A DNA stretch of 64,000 nucleotides from the human T2T-CHM13v2.0 reference genome, Homo sapiens. The stretch lies in the NCBI RefSeq assembly GCF_009914755.1, contig NC_060929.1. The stretch is one strand, 5' to 3'. Made by a program: the position numbers and the translations under genes. A model generated the notes under the pieces. That model was not told where the DNA came from and made no database searches. It saw only the letters and a program-made list of their open reading frames with translations. Shown here in pieces: positions 41,776 through 55,415 of the stretch. Position 1 is the first letter of the stretch. Each line of letters starts with the position of its first letter.

Positions 41776-42457
41776 AATAAAAAACACAGGGGGAGATAGG
41801 CCACCACAAATAAACAAGGAGACTACAGACTGCAATATGGGCATAGCTAGGAAACAGTACAGGGTGAGGTGAAGAGAATAAAGATATGGTGAGAGGCAGT
41901 GAAGGCACTGCCCTCCCTAGGGTGTCCAGGAAGAACCTCTCTTAGAGAGTGAGATTTGGTCTGAGACTAGAAGGAAAAGAAGGATCCAGTTGAAGGACAG
42001 GCTGAAGGGAGACGTTTCCAGGTGGAAGAATGGAAACAAAAAGGTCCAGGTGACGGCAGCAGAGTGACACCAAATGGGATCACAGAGGCAGGTGGTGTCC
42101 AGGCTGTGAGGCATCTATGGGGCTGACAACATGCTTGGGGACTGGAACCATAAAAGGGGCCGAGCAAGGAAACCACCAATTTAAGAGCCCTCAGCCTCAT
42201 TCCCCTGCCATCAATCCTGCCAGATTAATTTCCCCCAAATGTCAATTTCATTCCACAGCTCAATAAGAAGGGGGTTCTCATTACTGCCCTCAGCTTGCCT
42301 CATTTAATTCTTTCTTCTTTATAGCCACAGACATGTATTGAGCACCTATCAGATCCAGGAACTGTGCTAGGCACTTCATTGGCACATATGTTCCTGCTGT
42401 CTGTATGCTGGCCTCAGAAGCCCTCAAAGTCCTGCGTCCATTTAAATCCTACTGCTC

Positions 42458-43204
42458 TGTTATGGGCTGAATTGTGTGCCTCAAAAGATATATTGAAGTC
42501 CTAACCCCAGCTACCTATGAGTGTGATCGTATTTGAAAGTAGGGTCTTTGCAGATGTAATCAGGTTAAATTGAGGTCATTAGGGTGGACCCTAATCCAAT
42601 AGGACTGGTGTCCTTATTAGAAGAGGAGACAGGGCTGAGCAAAGTGGCTCACACCTATAATCCCAGCACTTTGGGAGGCTGATGCAGAAGGATTACTTGA
42701 GGCCAGAAGGGAGTTTGAGACCAGCCTGGGCAACATAGCAAGACCCTATTTCTACAAAAGAGAAAACCAGCCAGGCATGGTGGTACTTGCCTATAGTCCC
42801 AGATACTCAGGAGGCTGAGGTGGCAGGATTGTTTAAGCCCAGGGGGGCAGAGGCTGCAGTGAGCTATGATTGCACTGCTCCAGCCAGAGTGACAGAGCAA
42901 GACCCTGTCTCTGAAAAATAATAAAAAGACGACGAGACAGACATGCAGGTATAGTGCCGTGTGACAACAGAGGCAGAGACTGGAGTGATGCAGTTACAAA
43001 CCAAGGAATGCCAAGGGCTGCTGGCAAGCCCAGGAGCCAGGAAGGAGCAAGGAAGGGCCCTCCCCTGCAGATTTCAGAAGGAGCCTGGCCCTGATGACAC
43101 CTCAATTTCAGATTGCGAGGCTCCAGAAGTCTGAAAGGATGATTGCTGTTGTAAGGCACCCAGTTTGTGGTACATTGTTACAGCAGCCCTAGCATACAGA
43201 TACG
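42458..43204 (+). mobile_element. MLT1C-like LTR interrupted by Alu
   Basis: tgttatgggctgaattgtgt...agggtctttgcagatgtaatc...cagtttgtggtacattgttacagcagccctag. Confidence 0.85.
42633..42927 (+). mobile_element. AluJ-like
   Basis: gggcaacatagcaagaccc, gaggctgcagtgagctatgatt; TSD agaagaggagacag / agacgacgagacag. Confidence 0.9.
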
Positions 43205-43268
43205 CCCAACGTTCAGGCTTTCTCTGGGCGTATCTGTGTGCTAGGGCTGCCATAGCACAGACACCCCA
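43175..43268 (-). ncRNA. MIR585: microRNA 585 precursor (5p about 43223-43244; 3p 43190-43208)
   Basis: Minus strand UGGGGUGUCUGUGCUAUGGCAGCCCUAGCACACAGAUACGCCCAGAGAAAGCCUGAACGUUGGGCGUAUCUGUAUGCUAGGGCUGCUGUAACAA; contains mature UGGGCGUAUCUGUAUGCUA; 26-bp stem; same strand as host SLIT3. Confidence 0.95.
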
Positions 43269-43738
43269 CACTCCCCCTGCAGCCTCCCCCAGCTGCTCCA
43301 TCTCGTGCTGGCTTCTCCCTTCCCTGAACTTCTGAACTTCTGGATCATTTACCCTCTCTCTGCACAACTCATTTTGGTCTTTCATCACGTTGCCTTGCTG
43401 CTGCCTGTTTCCTGTGTGTCTGCCTTGTCTCCCAAAGGACCTTGAAGAGGATACTCCCCAACTTCCTCCAGACACCTTGGATGAAGGCCTCATGGAGACA
43501 CTCAGAAAAATGTACACTAGGTTTCTCGGGGTGGAGAAACGGGGTTTTTTTTTTTTAAACATTTTACATTTTGCTTATCAGTATTATCAATGTTTTCTGG
43601 AGTAAACATGTATTATTCAATATACCTCCTACCTTCCAAAAAAAACCACTGAAAAAAGGAGTCCAGTTAACCTAAGACTCTCCCCATAGATAAAGTGACC
43701 ATGCAGAGTTTAAGCCATTCAAGACTCTGGAATTTTAG

Positions 43739-44051
<313 letters not shown>

Positions 44052-44728
44052 GGAAGATGCTTTTTGATGAGCCCAAGGGCAGACCTCTGAAACTGCTCAC
44101 ATCAGGCGGTCCTAATGGGTGTCTTCCTCTGTCTCCTCTCCCCAGTCCAAAGGACCTAATGCCACCCACCCAGCTACCCTGATGAAAGAGAGAAACAGCA
44201 TGTGTTTGAAAACCATCAAATCACCTTCCTACCAGGTCAAGGAGAGCAGTGTTTCCCTTTGGGCCACCCTTATAGGGCTCCCATCTCATGCTTTACCTCT
44301 CCAGACTCACACCACAGGAGGCATTATTAACTATTCTGATTTTTGCACTTCGTTCTCATCTGTTACATAACCACATGCAAGTTTAAAAACATACACGCAT
44401 TTGGGAAAGAAATGAGCTGAATTTGATTTTAAAAACTGGCTTCACACTACCTCAGTTGTTTGGGAACTAAGCCTCTCTGGGCTAAATTTTTGGCTTGGCA
44501 ACACTCTCGCATATATAATTTTACACCTGCAAAAGCTTGCAGCCAGCCCTGTGCAGACAGCTACCTGCAGGGAGAAGAATGGGCCAAACAGAGGGGCAAC
44601 CCGGGTGGTTGGATGTGGTCATGGTGAGGGCATGTAAAGAGGAGTATTGGGCATGGGGTCTCTTTTCCTTCATCCCTTGCACCAGGAGGACTCCCTGCCC
44701 CTGTTTTGCTCAGTTCAGCTCCATGCTC

Positions 44729-44759
44729 AAAAACAAACAAACAAACAAACAAACAAAAC
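44729..44759. repeat. (AAAC)n microsatellite
   Basis: About 7 AAAC units. Confidence 0.9.
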
Positions 44760-45869
44760 GTACAACTAGCTCTTTACTGGGAACAGCAGAGACGAACTTG
44801 CAAACTGGTAGCCCACCGGTGAGTTCTGGCCTGCAGACCTGCGTAGTCTGGTTCTCACTGTGATTTTCACATATGCAAATTAATTGCCAATTTGGGAGCA
44901 TTTCAAATACAAATCTACAATTCTGGCTTGTCTCCAAAGGTCAGTCCATCAAATAACAATGGATTTTAGTGGCCATCATAAGCTGGTACTAAGAGGCAAT
45001 TGCCCACTTTGCATAAGGTACATGCCTGCAATTCACCAGTCCACCTGATCCAATTCCCTCACTCAAGTTACCTGCTTAATCTTTTTTGGCATCAGAGTTT
45101 GAGATCCCTGCTGCCAAACATAGCGCTTAAGGTGGCAGGCCCTAGAATCAGATAGCCTGGGCTCAAATCTTAGCAAATAGAGCATGATTTTAGGCAGGTT
45201 ATTTAACTCATCCCTAAGCTTCTGTTTCTCCATCTTAAATGGCCATAATCACAGTACCTACCTCCTAGGATACTGCAAGAATTAAATGAGATGATACGTA
45301 TAAAGTGATTCTAGCCCAGGGCTGGTCATGCAGTAAGTACTCAAGAAGTAACCATCAATTGGCTGATTATTATTCAGGCAAAATGTGAGCACAAGTAAGA
45401 TGATGATGTTGGCAGGACCTCCGTGCTTCTAACACAAAGGTGCACCTGGTCAAATCCACAGCTCCACCCCAAATCTCCTTCATCCACTTCAGGCACATCA
45501 AAGCATCTGCAGAGACAGTGCTTCCTTCCTGTCACACAGAGGACAACCCAGCCAACACACTCAGAAATAAAAAATTCTTCCTAAATTCTTCCTGTAATGA
45601 CTTAAGGCAACGTATTCTTTTCTCAGCACTAACCTCCAGGTGGCGACTATCAGTCCAAAAGTTTCACCTTTTATTTCCCTTATCATGCCCAGAAATCTCA
45701 AACCCTTCCAAACTCCTTGCAAGGCCTGTTCTCAAAACACTTCCCTGCACTGCATAGGAGAGCACATGATAAAATGGCTCCTCCAATCACCGGGAGGCAG
45801 GAAACAAATCCTAGAAGAGACTGGGGCCAACCTTTGGAAATGTGGCAAGAAATGTAGGGAATACGGTAT

Positions 45870-46310
45870 GGCAAGGATAGTGCTCTGTGTTCACCAAACT
45901 GTTCCATTTTCCTCCTAGGCAAACAACAAGATTAAATTTCCTGTGCCCTTTGAATCTAAGTGGGACCATGTGGCTGATTTCTGAAGAAAAGGAATGTGGG
46001 TGGAAATAATACGTGCCATTTCCAGGCAAGGCTATAAAACATCCTGCAAGCATGACACTCTCCTTCCCTTTCTTGTCTTCATGGCATGTAGAGATCATGT
46101 GTCATAAATGGAGGGGTCCCCCAGAGGAAAGCAGCCTGGGTTCCTAAGTGACAATATGGATCATAAGCCACCTACCACCACCCAGACCAGCTCTACTGGA
46201 CTGGGTGGGTGGGAGGAAGAGGAAGAAATACAGCTTTATATTGTTTTGTTACTGATATATCTGGGCTTATTTGTTGCTGCAGCTTAGCCTTGTCTATGCT
46301 AACTGATACA
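45870..46310 (+). mobile_element. MLT1 (J-like) LTR
   Basis: gggaccatgtggctgatttctga...gggtggaaataatacgtgccatttccaggc...atttgttgctgcagc...ctaactgataca. Confidence 0.7.
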
Positions 46311-47165
46311 CCTAGCAATACGGCATAGTAGGAAAGAATGGCCCAAGTTAAGCATCCATGATCTTCATCCATGATAATCCAGAGCATGACTTTGTAAAAT
46401 TTTCCTTCCTCATCTTTAAAAGGAGGAAAATAAACTGATCCCCTAGGGTCACAATAATTCTCACTGGCTTTGGATCCTAACACATATTACCTTAAGCAAT
46501 GTTTTTAAGAAGGCCACTTAACTCCGGTCAATAGAGGTACAAATGCTGCACCCAACCAACATTAAGGTCCAAATAACTTTCTGCTATTTACTATGCAGGA
46601 GCCAATCTACAATGAGTGTTTACCATGTGCCAAGGACTATGCTAAACACTTCACATTTGGGGCCTTTTTTAATCCTCACAACCAGCCTATGAGGTTGATG
46701 CTACTTATTAGTCCCATTTTATGATTGAACAAATAGAGGCACAGGGAGATTAAGACACCTGTCTATGGTCACAAGCTGAGAAGTACCAAATGAACAAGGA
46801 TTAGTGGCTGAAAATTTAGCAATCAACTTGCAGCAAGTAAATATAGAGTCCTAAAGGGTGAAAGAGAAATTGAAATGACCTGGTCAGAGAATTTTAGTAA
46901 CATACTCAAAAAGTTTAGCTAAACTAATAAGCTCCAACTTACTGGGCTCCAGGGCCATATCTGATTTATGTTTGAATCCCTAAGGCTCAGCACAATACCT
47001 GGCACATGAAAGGCACAAATCAATATCTGTTGAATGACTGATGTTAACTTGAGCTCTTTATTGACAGTTTTAACTGAGTTACATTTGCCCTTAATTGACA
47101 ATGGCTTGAGATCTAAAGTTGATGTACTTCACTTATACCAGTAAATCTGGGTATCAGTTAGAATT

Positions 47166-47280
47166 GGAATGACCATATGATTATCCAAACTTGAATACTT
47201 TTGTGAGTTAAAGGGGAAGTCATTAATAATTATACCACAGAAACAGGCAAAGATCAGATCAACACAAATGGTCATTCCCA
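47166..47280. mobile_element. MER94/Blackjack-like MITE
   Basis: Inverted ends ggaatgaccatatg ... caaatggtcattcc. Confidence 0.5.
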
Positions 47281-49896
47281 GCTTGAGCCACAAAATATCG
47301 GCAACAGGAGTGGGTGACAATGGAAATACTCATATGGGGCCTGGTTGCCCACCATGTCTTTGTTCTTAAGGAGACCTTCTTCCTGTCCACTTGGGCTGAA
47401 GACCACTTCTAAGTCTATGGCTATTTGCAGGACACATCTTGGTTAAGTGTCATTTTCTGAATGGTGCCCACCTCCCAAGTCCAACCAGTCACAGAGCACA
47501 TACACTATTAACTTTTAACATAGGTGCAGTAATCACTTTAAGAAAACGAAGGAACAGCCCAAGGAATGCAATGATTGCTGCAGGAATATAAACATGGACT
47601 GCATTGGAACAGGCTACATACTTTGTATAAACACTAATAAAGTGAGTTCAGGCTGAGCTGTGACTTTAAAGGAAATTCTTCCCCATAAACATGTCCTGCC
47701 ATGCCCTAATAACTCTTTAATTTGATGCACATTTGGGAAGGATGATGCGAAGTAATCACAGAATAACGTTAAGGTCTGTTGCGAAGGAGGAGTGGCGGAG
47801 GGGGGAATGTGATGCAACTTGGTGCTAACACCATGCACCAGAGAGTTAGCTTCATTGCTCATTTCACACATGGAGGGAATTTGCCGAGTGACACGCAGGA
47901 AATCAGAGACAGGTCTCTGCAGGTTCGACCCAAGGAAATTCTGAATGTCATCTGATGGCACCACATAAGACTCCCAGTCATTTTCCTGCCTGTCTTTCCT
48001 TGCTGGAGACAGCAGAAGTGGCCCTCACTTGCAGGCGGAACTCTCCAATTTCCAGATCAAGGCTCTTCCAATTTGAATGAGATATAAACTCCTTGAAAGC
48101 AGAGAACCTTTCTTACACATCTGGGCATCACCCACAGAGCAGACACAGCCCCCATATCCATGAGAGAAGGCAACAGGGCACGGAGTTGAGGAACACTGGA
48201 CAGCAGCTGTAGCATCAGGCCTCCAGTCCCAGTTTCATTACTACTCGTGTGTTTTGGGCAAACCACCCTTATCTGCAAAATGGGTTAGCAGCACTTGCAG
48301 AACCTCAGAGGGTTTTTGAGATGCTCAAGTGAGCCAATGCAAGACAAAGCATTTTATAAATTTTTTAAAAAGTTGTACTGCTGGAAAACTATAAAAATAA
48401 CAATTAATAATGGTTTTCCCACGTATTGATTTATCATGTCATATCAGGCACTGTTCATCTCCCCTGAAATATTACAGGAATCCTATAAGGGGGACACTCT
48501 TATTATCACCATCATCGTATGTTATTATGAAAGCCAAAAATAGTATTTATGGGAAAGTGAGGTCCAGAGAGGTTAAATAACTTGCCCCAATTCACACATC
48601 TTCAAAGTATTATCCACGGAGTAATGATTCTGGAGGACAGGCCTGGATGGTCTGAGCTCCCTGCTCTTTGCTCTAAACTCTCAGGGACTTGAAGGTGCCC
48701 AGCTTGTCTCCTTTATTAGCCTGTAAGCAATAAGGGCAAGGGCTGTGGGGGTTCACCTTCATGTCTCCAGGACCCAGGGAAGAACTAGGGAGGTAAACCC
48801 TTTGGATCCAATGACTGCAGGTCCTCCCTCTCCTTAACCACTCTGACTTATATACCAACTCTTGTTGACTCCACGCAACCGGCCTTGGCCCAAGACACAG
48901 CTGATGCTGTCTTTGGCCAGGTGCTTAGCACTGGGCTCCTCCACTCTCTATGGTTCTCCACCTTTACTGACATGAGAGGCCTCAAACTAATGCCCCAGCT
49001 GCCTAGAAATGTGTCCCCAAACAGCCAGGCAGATCCTCTGCACTCACCAGGCTCATTCCAAGCCCCATGACTTTGCTCAGGCAACTCTCCCATCTGTAAT
49101 ACCCTCTCCCATGGATCAAAATGAACTGCAGCTGTCAGGAAGCTTGGCTGAGGAATGGGGACCTACTTCAGTAGAGTGATGAAGATTTGGAAAGGAAGAG
49201 AATGCAGTCTGACAGTGGGACCAGAGTGGGACCACCAACCCCATTCAGGCAGAAGCCACTTCTCCCATGTGGCACTGATAAAATGCCAAGGGGCAGGAAT
49301 TAGGGAGGGAGAAGGGCCCAACTGCCTCTCCAACCAAAACTTCATGTCCACTCCCAACGAAGACAAACATCCTTTCATCATCCATGAAACCATATCTTGC
49401 TTATTATGACAATTTTTAAAACTTCTGATTATTCCTTTGAGAATCCAATTTGTTTCCTTTGCAAGGAGGAAACAATTCTCTTCTCAGTTTGGGAGGTGGG
49501 GACATTCCATTTATCTTAAGGGGAGGGAAATCTGTTTCCTATTACAAATCACGTTCTGTAGGTCTGTTTGTGAAAAATAGATCTCTACACTTTACATAAA
49601 AATGAAAATTCTCTTTACTCTTACAAACATCCATGAAGACCCACAAGAGGGAGGCTCCCGCCCTCTCCTCAGCCATTGCCACAAAGATTGGATTCTCATC
49701 CCTTGCTCAGAAAAATTTTTACTCTTTCCTCAAAAAGCAGCAGTGTCCCCAAGTCATCCAGCACACCTGAAAGAGTATACAGTAATTCATTCAATCAGCG
49801 TTTATGAATGGCAACTTAGTGCCAGGACCGAGTCTAATCCTAAGAAGGCACAGATTAAAATAAATACATCACGCTCCATATCCCCGCACACCAAGA

Positions 49897-50219
49897 CAGG
49901 GGTCAGCAAACTACAGCCCACAGGCCCGATCCGGCCCACTGCCTGTTTTCATATGGATTGGGAGCCAAGAATGGTTTTTATATTTTTAAATGGTTGGAAA
50001 AAATCAAAAGGATAATATTTCATGACACATAAAAATTATATGAAATTCAAATTTCAGTATCCATAAATACAGTTTTCTTGGAACCAAGCCGCACTGATCC
50101 GTTTATACATTGTCTATGGCTGCCTTCACGCGACAGGGGCAGAGTTGTGTAGCTGCCACTGAGACTGAGAGACCCAGAGCCTAAATATACATGTATGACA
50201 TGGCTGTCTGCTGACCCTG
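49897..50219. mobile_element. MER58B (hAT-Charlie)
   Basis: caggggtcagcaaactacagcccacaggcc...ctgctgaccctg. Confidence 0.85.
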
Positions 50220-50587
50220 ATCTAGGCGCTTATATAGTCTAGGAGGGTCGAAAACAAGAAAGCGGCAGTCAAAAAAATAAGAATAACAAGCACAACAATA
50301 GTATGGTGGATGAAACATAATGGTTAAAAGTGTGGGTTCTCACTCTGCATCAGACTGAAGCTTATTCTGCACTTGGTGGACAGAAGTAGCAACATGACTC
50401 TGGGGAAGTTATTTTAACTCTCTGTGCCTCTATTTCCTTATCTGTAGTATGTGGATAATCTATAAAATGGGTGTCCTCTTCCTTAGGTTGGGTTAAGAAC
50501 TAGGCAAGGTTATACATGTCAAACGGCTAGGACAATGCCTAGCTCATAAGTGCTCCATCTCTTTGCTCTTATTGTTGCCAGTATTGC

Positions 50588-50685
50588 TGCTCACACAACT
50601 CCAGGGGGCATCGTTCAACAGTATACAGTGAAAATGGCACACCTGGAGTACATCATGTGAATGGTGGCCCAGGAATTCAGCAATG
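50588..50685. mobile_element. MER91-like palindromic MITE
   Basis: cacaactccagggggcatcgttca...tgaaaatggcacacctggagt. Confidence 0.55.
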
Positions 50686-53044
50686 TTGTGGTCCTGACTG
50701 TAGATGATATGACAATGATGCTCATAGTTTCGAGGAAAGGCAGGAGGGCAGACAAGCATTCCAGATGGAGGCAGCAGGTCCTGTGTATTTTTATTGCCAT
50801 GTCATGTGCTACTCCATCATGAAAGAGGCTAACTTCGAATAAGCTATAGGGGGCTCCAGTGCAACCCACAATCCCCATGCCTGCCTTTCTCCCAGCTCAC
50901 GGCCCCTTCTCAGTCATCCTGAGATGAGTCTCCTACGCTCATTCCTGCGATTACACCTTGCTCCTGGTCCCTCAAACTCTCAGACAGTGGGCTATTTTAA
51001 GCTCAAATTAAAGGCTCCTCTCTTGAATGGCTGCAATTTTATTCTGTGGTTTGTTTACTCTGACGTGGCCTGGGGCCACGGTGCTGGTGCACGGGGCATT
51101 GCGCGGGGGTAGAGGGTTTCAGGAAGGAGGCAGGGGCTTTGCAGGAACAATTTCACCGCAACATATTCTGTGGAAAACACAAGCACGTGGATGGACAATT
51201 AAAAAGAAAACAACTGCGGGAGTATCCTATATATATAGACAGAGATGCTCAAAATAGCATCACACCAGAAGCAAGAAAGCCCTGGAAGCTACAGAGTGCT
51301 TCAAACTCCAGAGAAAAGCACTTGCCACTCCCATTCCATGAGTCCAAGTCTCCTTTAGCCTCTCAGAGGAAGAACCCTCGGGGCAGATACAGGCCTCTTT
51401 ATCTACAGAGGCCTTGCCGTAGACCCTATCATTATGGGGTAGAGCTCTGAGGCTGAGACCACAGACTAGGCTTCCAGGGTATCCCAAGGGACATCTGGGT
51501 CCATAGACTCGTAATGGGCAAATGAGCACAGTGCTGGGGAAAAGCAGGCAAGTGGGTACAGAGGAGAGTAGGGGAAACTGGGCAGGTGCAGGGGCAGAAG
51601 CCCATCAAGCTCTCCATGTCAACATTCTCTGCCTGGGCAGTGCCTGAGCTATAGGAGGCCCATGGGTAAGGGGGCTGGGGATCTGACTTCGTCCCTTCTC
51701 TCCATCCCTCAGTTCCCTTGCTTGTAAAAGGACAGGAGAGAAATGGACCTTCATGTCACATTTGGAGGGCAGAGTCCCTGTTCCGTTTGCAACCTGACCA
51801 CACACCTCCACCCTGACCCACAATCCCAGGTTAAGTTTTGATTTGCCTAGTTCTACTCTGGAGATGTTCTCGGCTGCTTACGCAATGTTGGCTCTGCAAG
51901 CAGCTGGGCATGCAGTCCCTAGTTCATCAAGGTCCCTGTTACTTCCTAAGATTTCACAAGCAGCCCAATTCACCCATTTATATTACCTGTCTGGCCCAGG
52001 TAGGTAATTGGATCTAACTGCAGACTTCATAATTATGAAATGTTTTCCAACCTAGCGTAAAAGCTCTGCTAGGAAAGAAACCAAGCCCATGAATCAGTCC
52101 TCACTCTGGTGCCCAGCACAGTGCCTTGCCCAGGCTACTGCTTAAACAACAGTGGGGGATTTGAATGCACTGATGTGATCGTGTCTCTCATTCACAGCTT
52201 CCAAGACCATGTGAGAAGAGAAACGAGAAGGGAAGGGAACAAGAAGCACTCACCCCATCATCCCTCTGCCAGACTTGATCCTGCAGGTCTACTGAAGTTG
52301 ACCCCAGCTCCCAGGGAAAAAGAGATGGAGGTGGCTGCAGGTGAGCCAAACATTGGCTCCAGTAAAATTGAGAGCAGCTGGCACTTCTGAATCCTCTGGG
52401 CCCCCGGGACCTGGGCTGAGTGCACACGCGCAAGCACCAGCCCTTTCCCCTTTCTCTTCTTGTCATGCTTAATTACACTGGGATTGTGCTGAGTCAGTCA
52501 ACCTGCTGGGGTGGGAGCCCAGGCATGACCTTTCCCGTTGCTCTCAGCCAGCTCATGGGTCTCAAGTAGCCGTGTGTGTTTCCACCAAGAAACCCAAGAA
52601 TAAACTCAGCACCGACACACATGGTGCCAAATGCTAAGGCCCACACCTCAGCCCTTGGGAAGGCGGCCCCTTCTGAACCGAGAGAGAACAAAAAGGCCTT
52701 GCAACAGCCATACTACCTGCATTCAGCCCACCACCCCCTGCCTCTGGCCTTGAAACAGAGTCCCCTCACCGTGGAATGTGGCAACCGGCACTCGGCCAAA
52801 GGTGGCCACAGGAGAGGGAGGCAGGCACCCTTGATGCTCTCAAGTACCTCTGGCTTTGCCAAGTTTCTACCCGAGGCTTGGCTTCCAGGCCTTTGTATCC
52901 TCATCTCAGAGAGAGAGATGATCACTCTGTACATTCAAGAGGCGTGCATAGCTTCCCACTTCTCTGCACACACGTACATGTGTATGCACATACACAGCCT
53001 CTGAAATTGCCCAGGAGAAAGTCATGCAGCCAAATGCTCTAGGT

Positions 53045-53219
53045 CAGTGATTCCCAGTCTTGGCTGCAAATTAGAATCACCTGAGGGAGCTTTAACACTT
53101 GCTGCCCAGGCCACACTGCAGACCAACTAAACCAGAATCTCTGGTGATAGAGACCAGGATTCATACTATTTTAAAGGCCCCAGGTGATTTCAATGTGCAG
53201 CTAGGGTTGAGAATCATTG
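53045..53219. mobile_element. MER5-family element
   Basis: cagtgattcccagtcttggctgcaaattagaatcacctg...ccccaggtgatttcaatgtgcagctagggttgagaatcattg. Confidence 0.8.
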
Positions 53220-53613
53220 TTGGAGGTGAACGGCAAGTCTTGGAAAATTCCATCCACCAACTTATGCTTTGAGGCTGAGTTTACAAGCTTGAATTGGGCT
53301 TAAGATAAGGTAAACCTTCAGGACTTTGGCCACAAGGACCAGCTAATATTTACCAAATATCTAGTGTGTGCAATGTTCTGCAGAAGGTCCTTAGTGTGAA
53401 ATTCCTGACCCCAAGGAGCTTAAAACCTAAATGGTAAAGCCTAAGAATCTTCACATTGATACAAAAACACAATATGGTATATAAATAAGTGAATGTGCAG
53501 CTGAACAATTCAAAATAATCCAAAATAACAATCAAGCAACCTTGTACCAGGCACTGTACAATACTAGGGGAACAACAAAGGCAGAATCCCTATCTTCAAA
53601 GAGCTCAGACAGC

Positions 53614-53800
53614 ATCATAATCCCCCAAATGGGGTGCCCGGACCAGCAGTATCAGCATCACCTGGGAACTTGCTAGAAGTGCCCATTGTAGGGCCTCATC
53701 CCAACCTACTGAGTCAGATCCTTTGCAGGTGGGCCTATCAATTTGTGTTTTAACAAGCCCTCCAGGTGATTCTGGTGCCTGCTCAAGTTGGGAACCACTA
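53614..53800. mobile_element. MER5A
   Basis: ggaccagcagtatcagcatcacctgggaacttgctagaa...tttaacaagccctccaggtgattctg...gggaaccact. Confidence 0.85.
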
Positions 53801-55066
53801 GTCTAGAAGACCGATTTATGCTGTGGGAATTGGAAAAAGGAAGACATCTCCTTGGGCTAGGGCTGATGAAAGCCTTGTAGGATTTGAATCCTGGCTCTGA
53901 CACTTACATTTCGGGACAATGAAAGGCAACTACTTTAACCTCCTTATGCATCTATTTCGTCAAATCGAAAGAAGCATTAAGTTTTAGAGGCCAACCACGC
54001 AGAGTTGTATAAAAAACAGATAAGATAATGTATAAAATTCACTAGTACAGTGCCTGGGGCCTAGTCAGTAGCCAATAAATGATCTCCAACACTAGCAGTC
54101 ATGGTGCAAGGGAGCCGTTCAGTACATGAATGTTGATGGAATGAATGAAGGAAAGAATGAACTGATTCAGGCATGACTGATGGGAACTGGATTTGGCAAG
54201 CCTGGAAAAGCAACAATCTCTGGGCAAACAGGGAGATCTTCATGATAGGATAAGGGCTTCCAAGACTGAGTGGTGAGAAAACATCTCCAATCTTGACACT
54301 GGCGTCTTCCTGGCTCAGCCTCCTTCCTTGCTCATAGCACCCAGGGTGTTGGTTATGCACCTGGGCTCTGGAGTCAGACCATCTGGATTCAAATACTTAC
54401 CAGTTGGGTGGTCTTGTGTGGGTCATTTAAATCCATTAAGCCTCAGCTTTTTCTTCTGGAAATTTGATGTAATAAATAGGTTCAACCTCATAGGGTTGTT
54501 GTGAGAATTAAACATGATAATGTGTATAAATCAGTTTGATCCTTTGAATATAATAAGTGATCTATAAACGTTAGCGCTTTGTACGGCACACAGCTGATGC
54601 TGCCTTAACCTCTGCAGAATTAGCCTGGGCTGAGATTTTTCAAGCCAACAAATGTCAGTGCACTCGAATGCCAGATCCATTAACACAAAATGGTTGTTAC
54701 GTGCCTTCATAATAGCAGTAGCTGCTGAGATTGGTACTTACACACAGGTGGTGTGTAAGTACTTCTCATGCATAGGTGCTGAACACATGAACCCTGGGAC
54801 AACAGGTATCACTGCACCCATTTTACAGATGAGGTAACTAAGGTTTGGTGACCCATCAGTTAGTTATACGACTGTCAAGTGTCAAAATGAGATTCAAGTT
54901 CAGCCCTAATTCTAAAACCCATAGCCTTTCTACTGCTGTAAAATCACCCAGCCTTCCCTCAGAGGCTGCCTAAAGACTTTTCCAAACAAGGTTCACCTAG
55001 CTGCAGTGTCAGAGGGCCAGACTTTGTCCTGATGTCGCTGTGTCACATACAGCATTGGAAAAGGAT

Positions 55067-55415
55067 TGTATTAATCTGTTTTTTTACGCCGCTGATAAAG
55101 ACACACCCAAGACTGGGAAGAAAAGGAGGTTTAATTGGACTTCCACACGGTAGGGGCAGTCTCATAATCATGGTGGAGGGTGAAAGGCACTTCTTATATG
55201 ACAGCAGCAAGAGAGAAATGAATGAGGATGCAAGAGTGGAATGCCCTGATAAACCCAGATCTCATGAGACTTATTCACTATCATGAGAATAGCATGGGAA
55301 AGACCAGCCCCCATGATTCAATTACCTCCACCTGGGTCCCTTCCACAACAGGTGGGAATTCTGGGAGATACAATTGAAGTTGAGATTTGAATGGGGACAC
55401 AGCCAAACCATATCA
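55067..55415 (-). mobile_element. THE1 (C-like) solo LTR
   Basis: tgtattaatctgttt...gctgataaagacacacccaagactggg...ggggacacagccaaaccatatca; 5-bp TSD aggat / gggat. Confidence 0.92.

Noticed and set aside
50594-50650. Imperfect hairpin as a candidate miRNA
   Set aside because: Explained by a MER91-like palindromic MITE and is highly degenerate.
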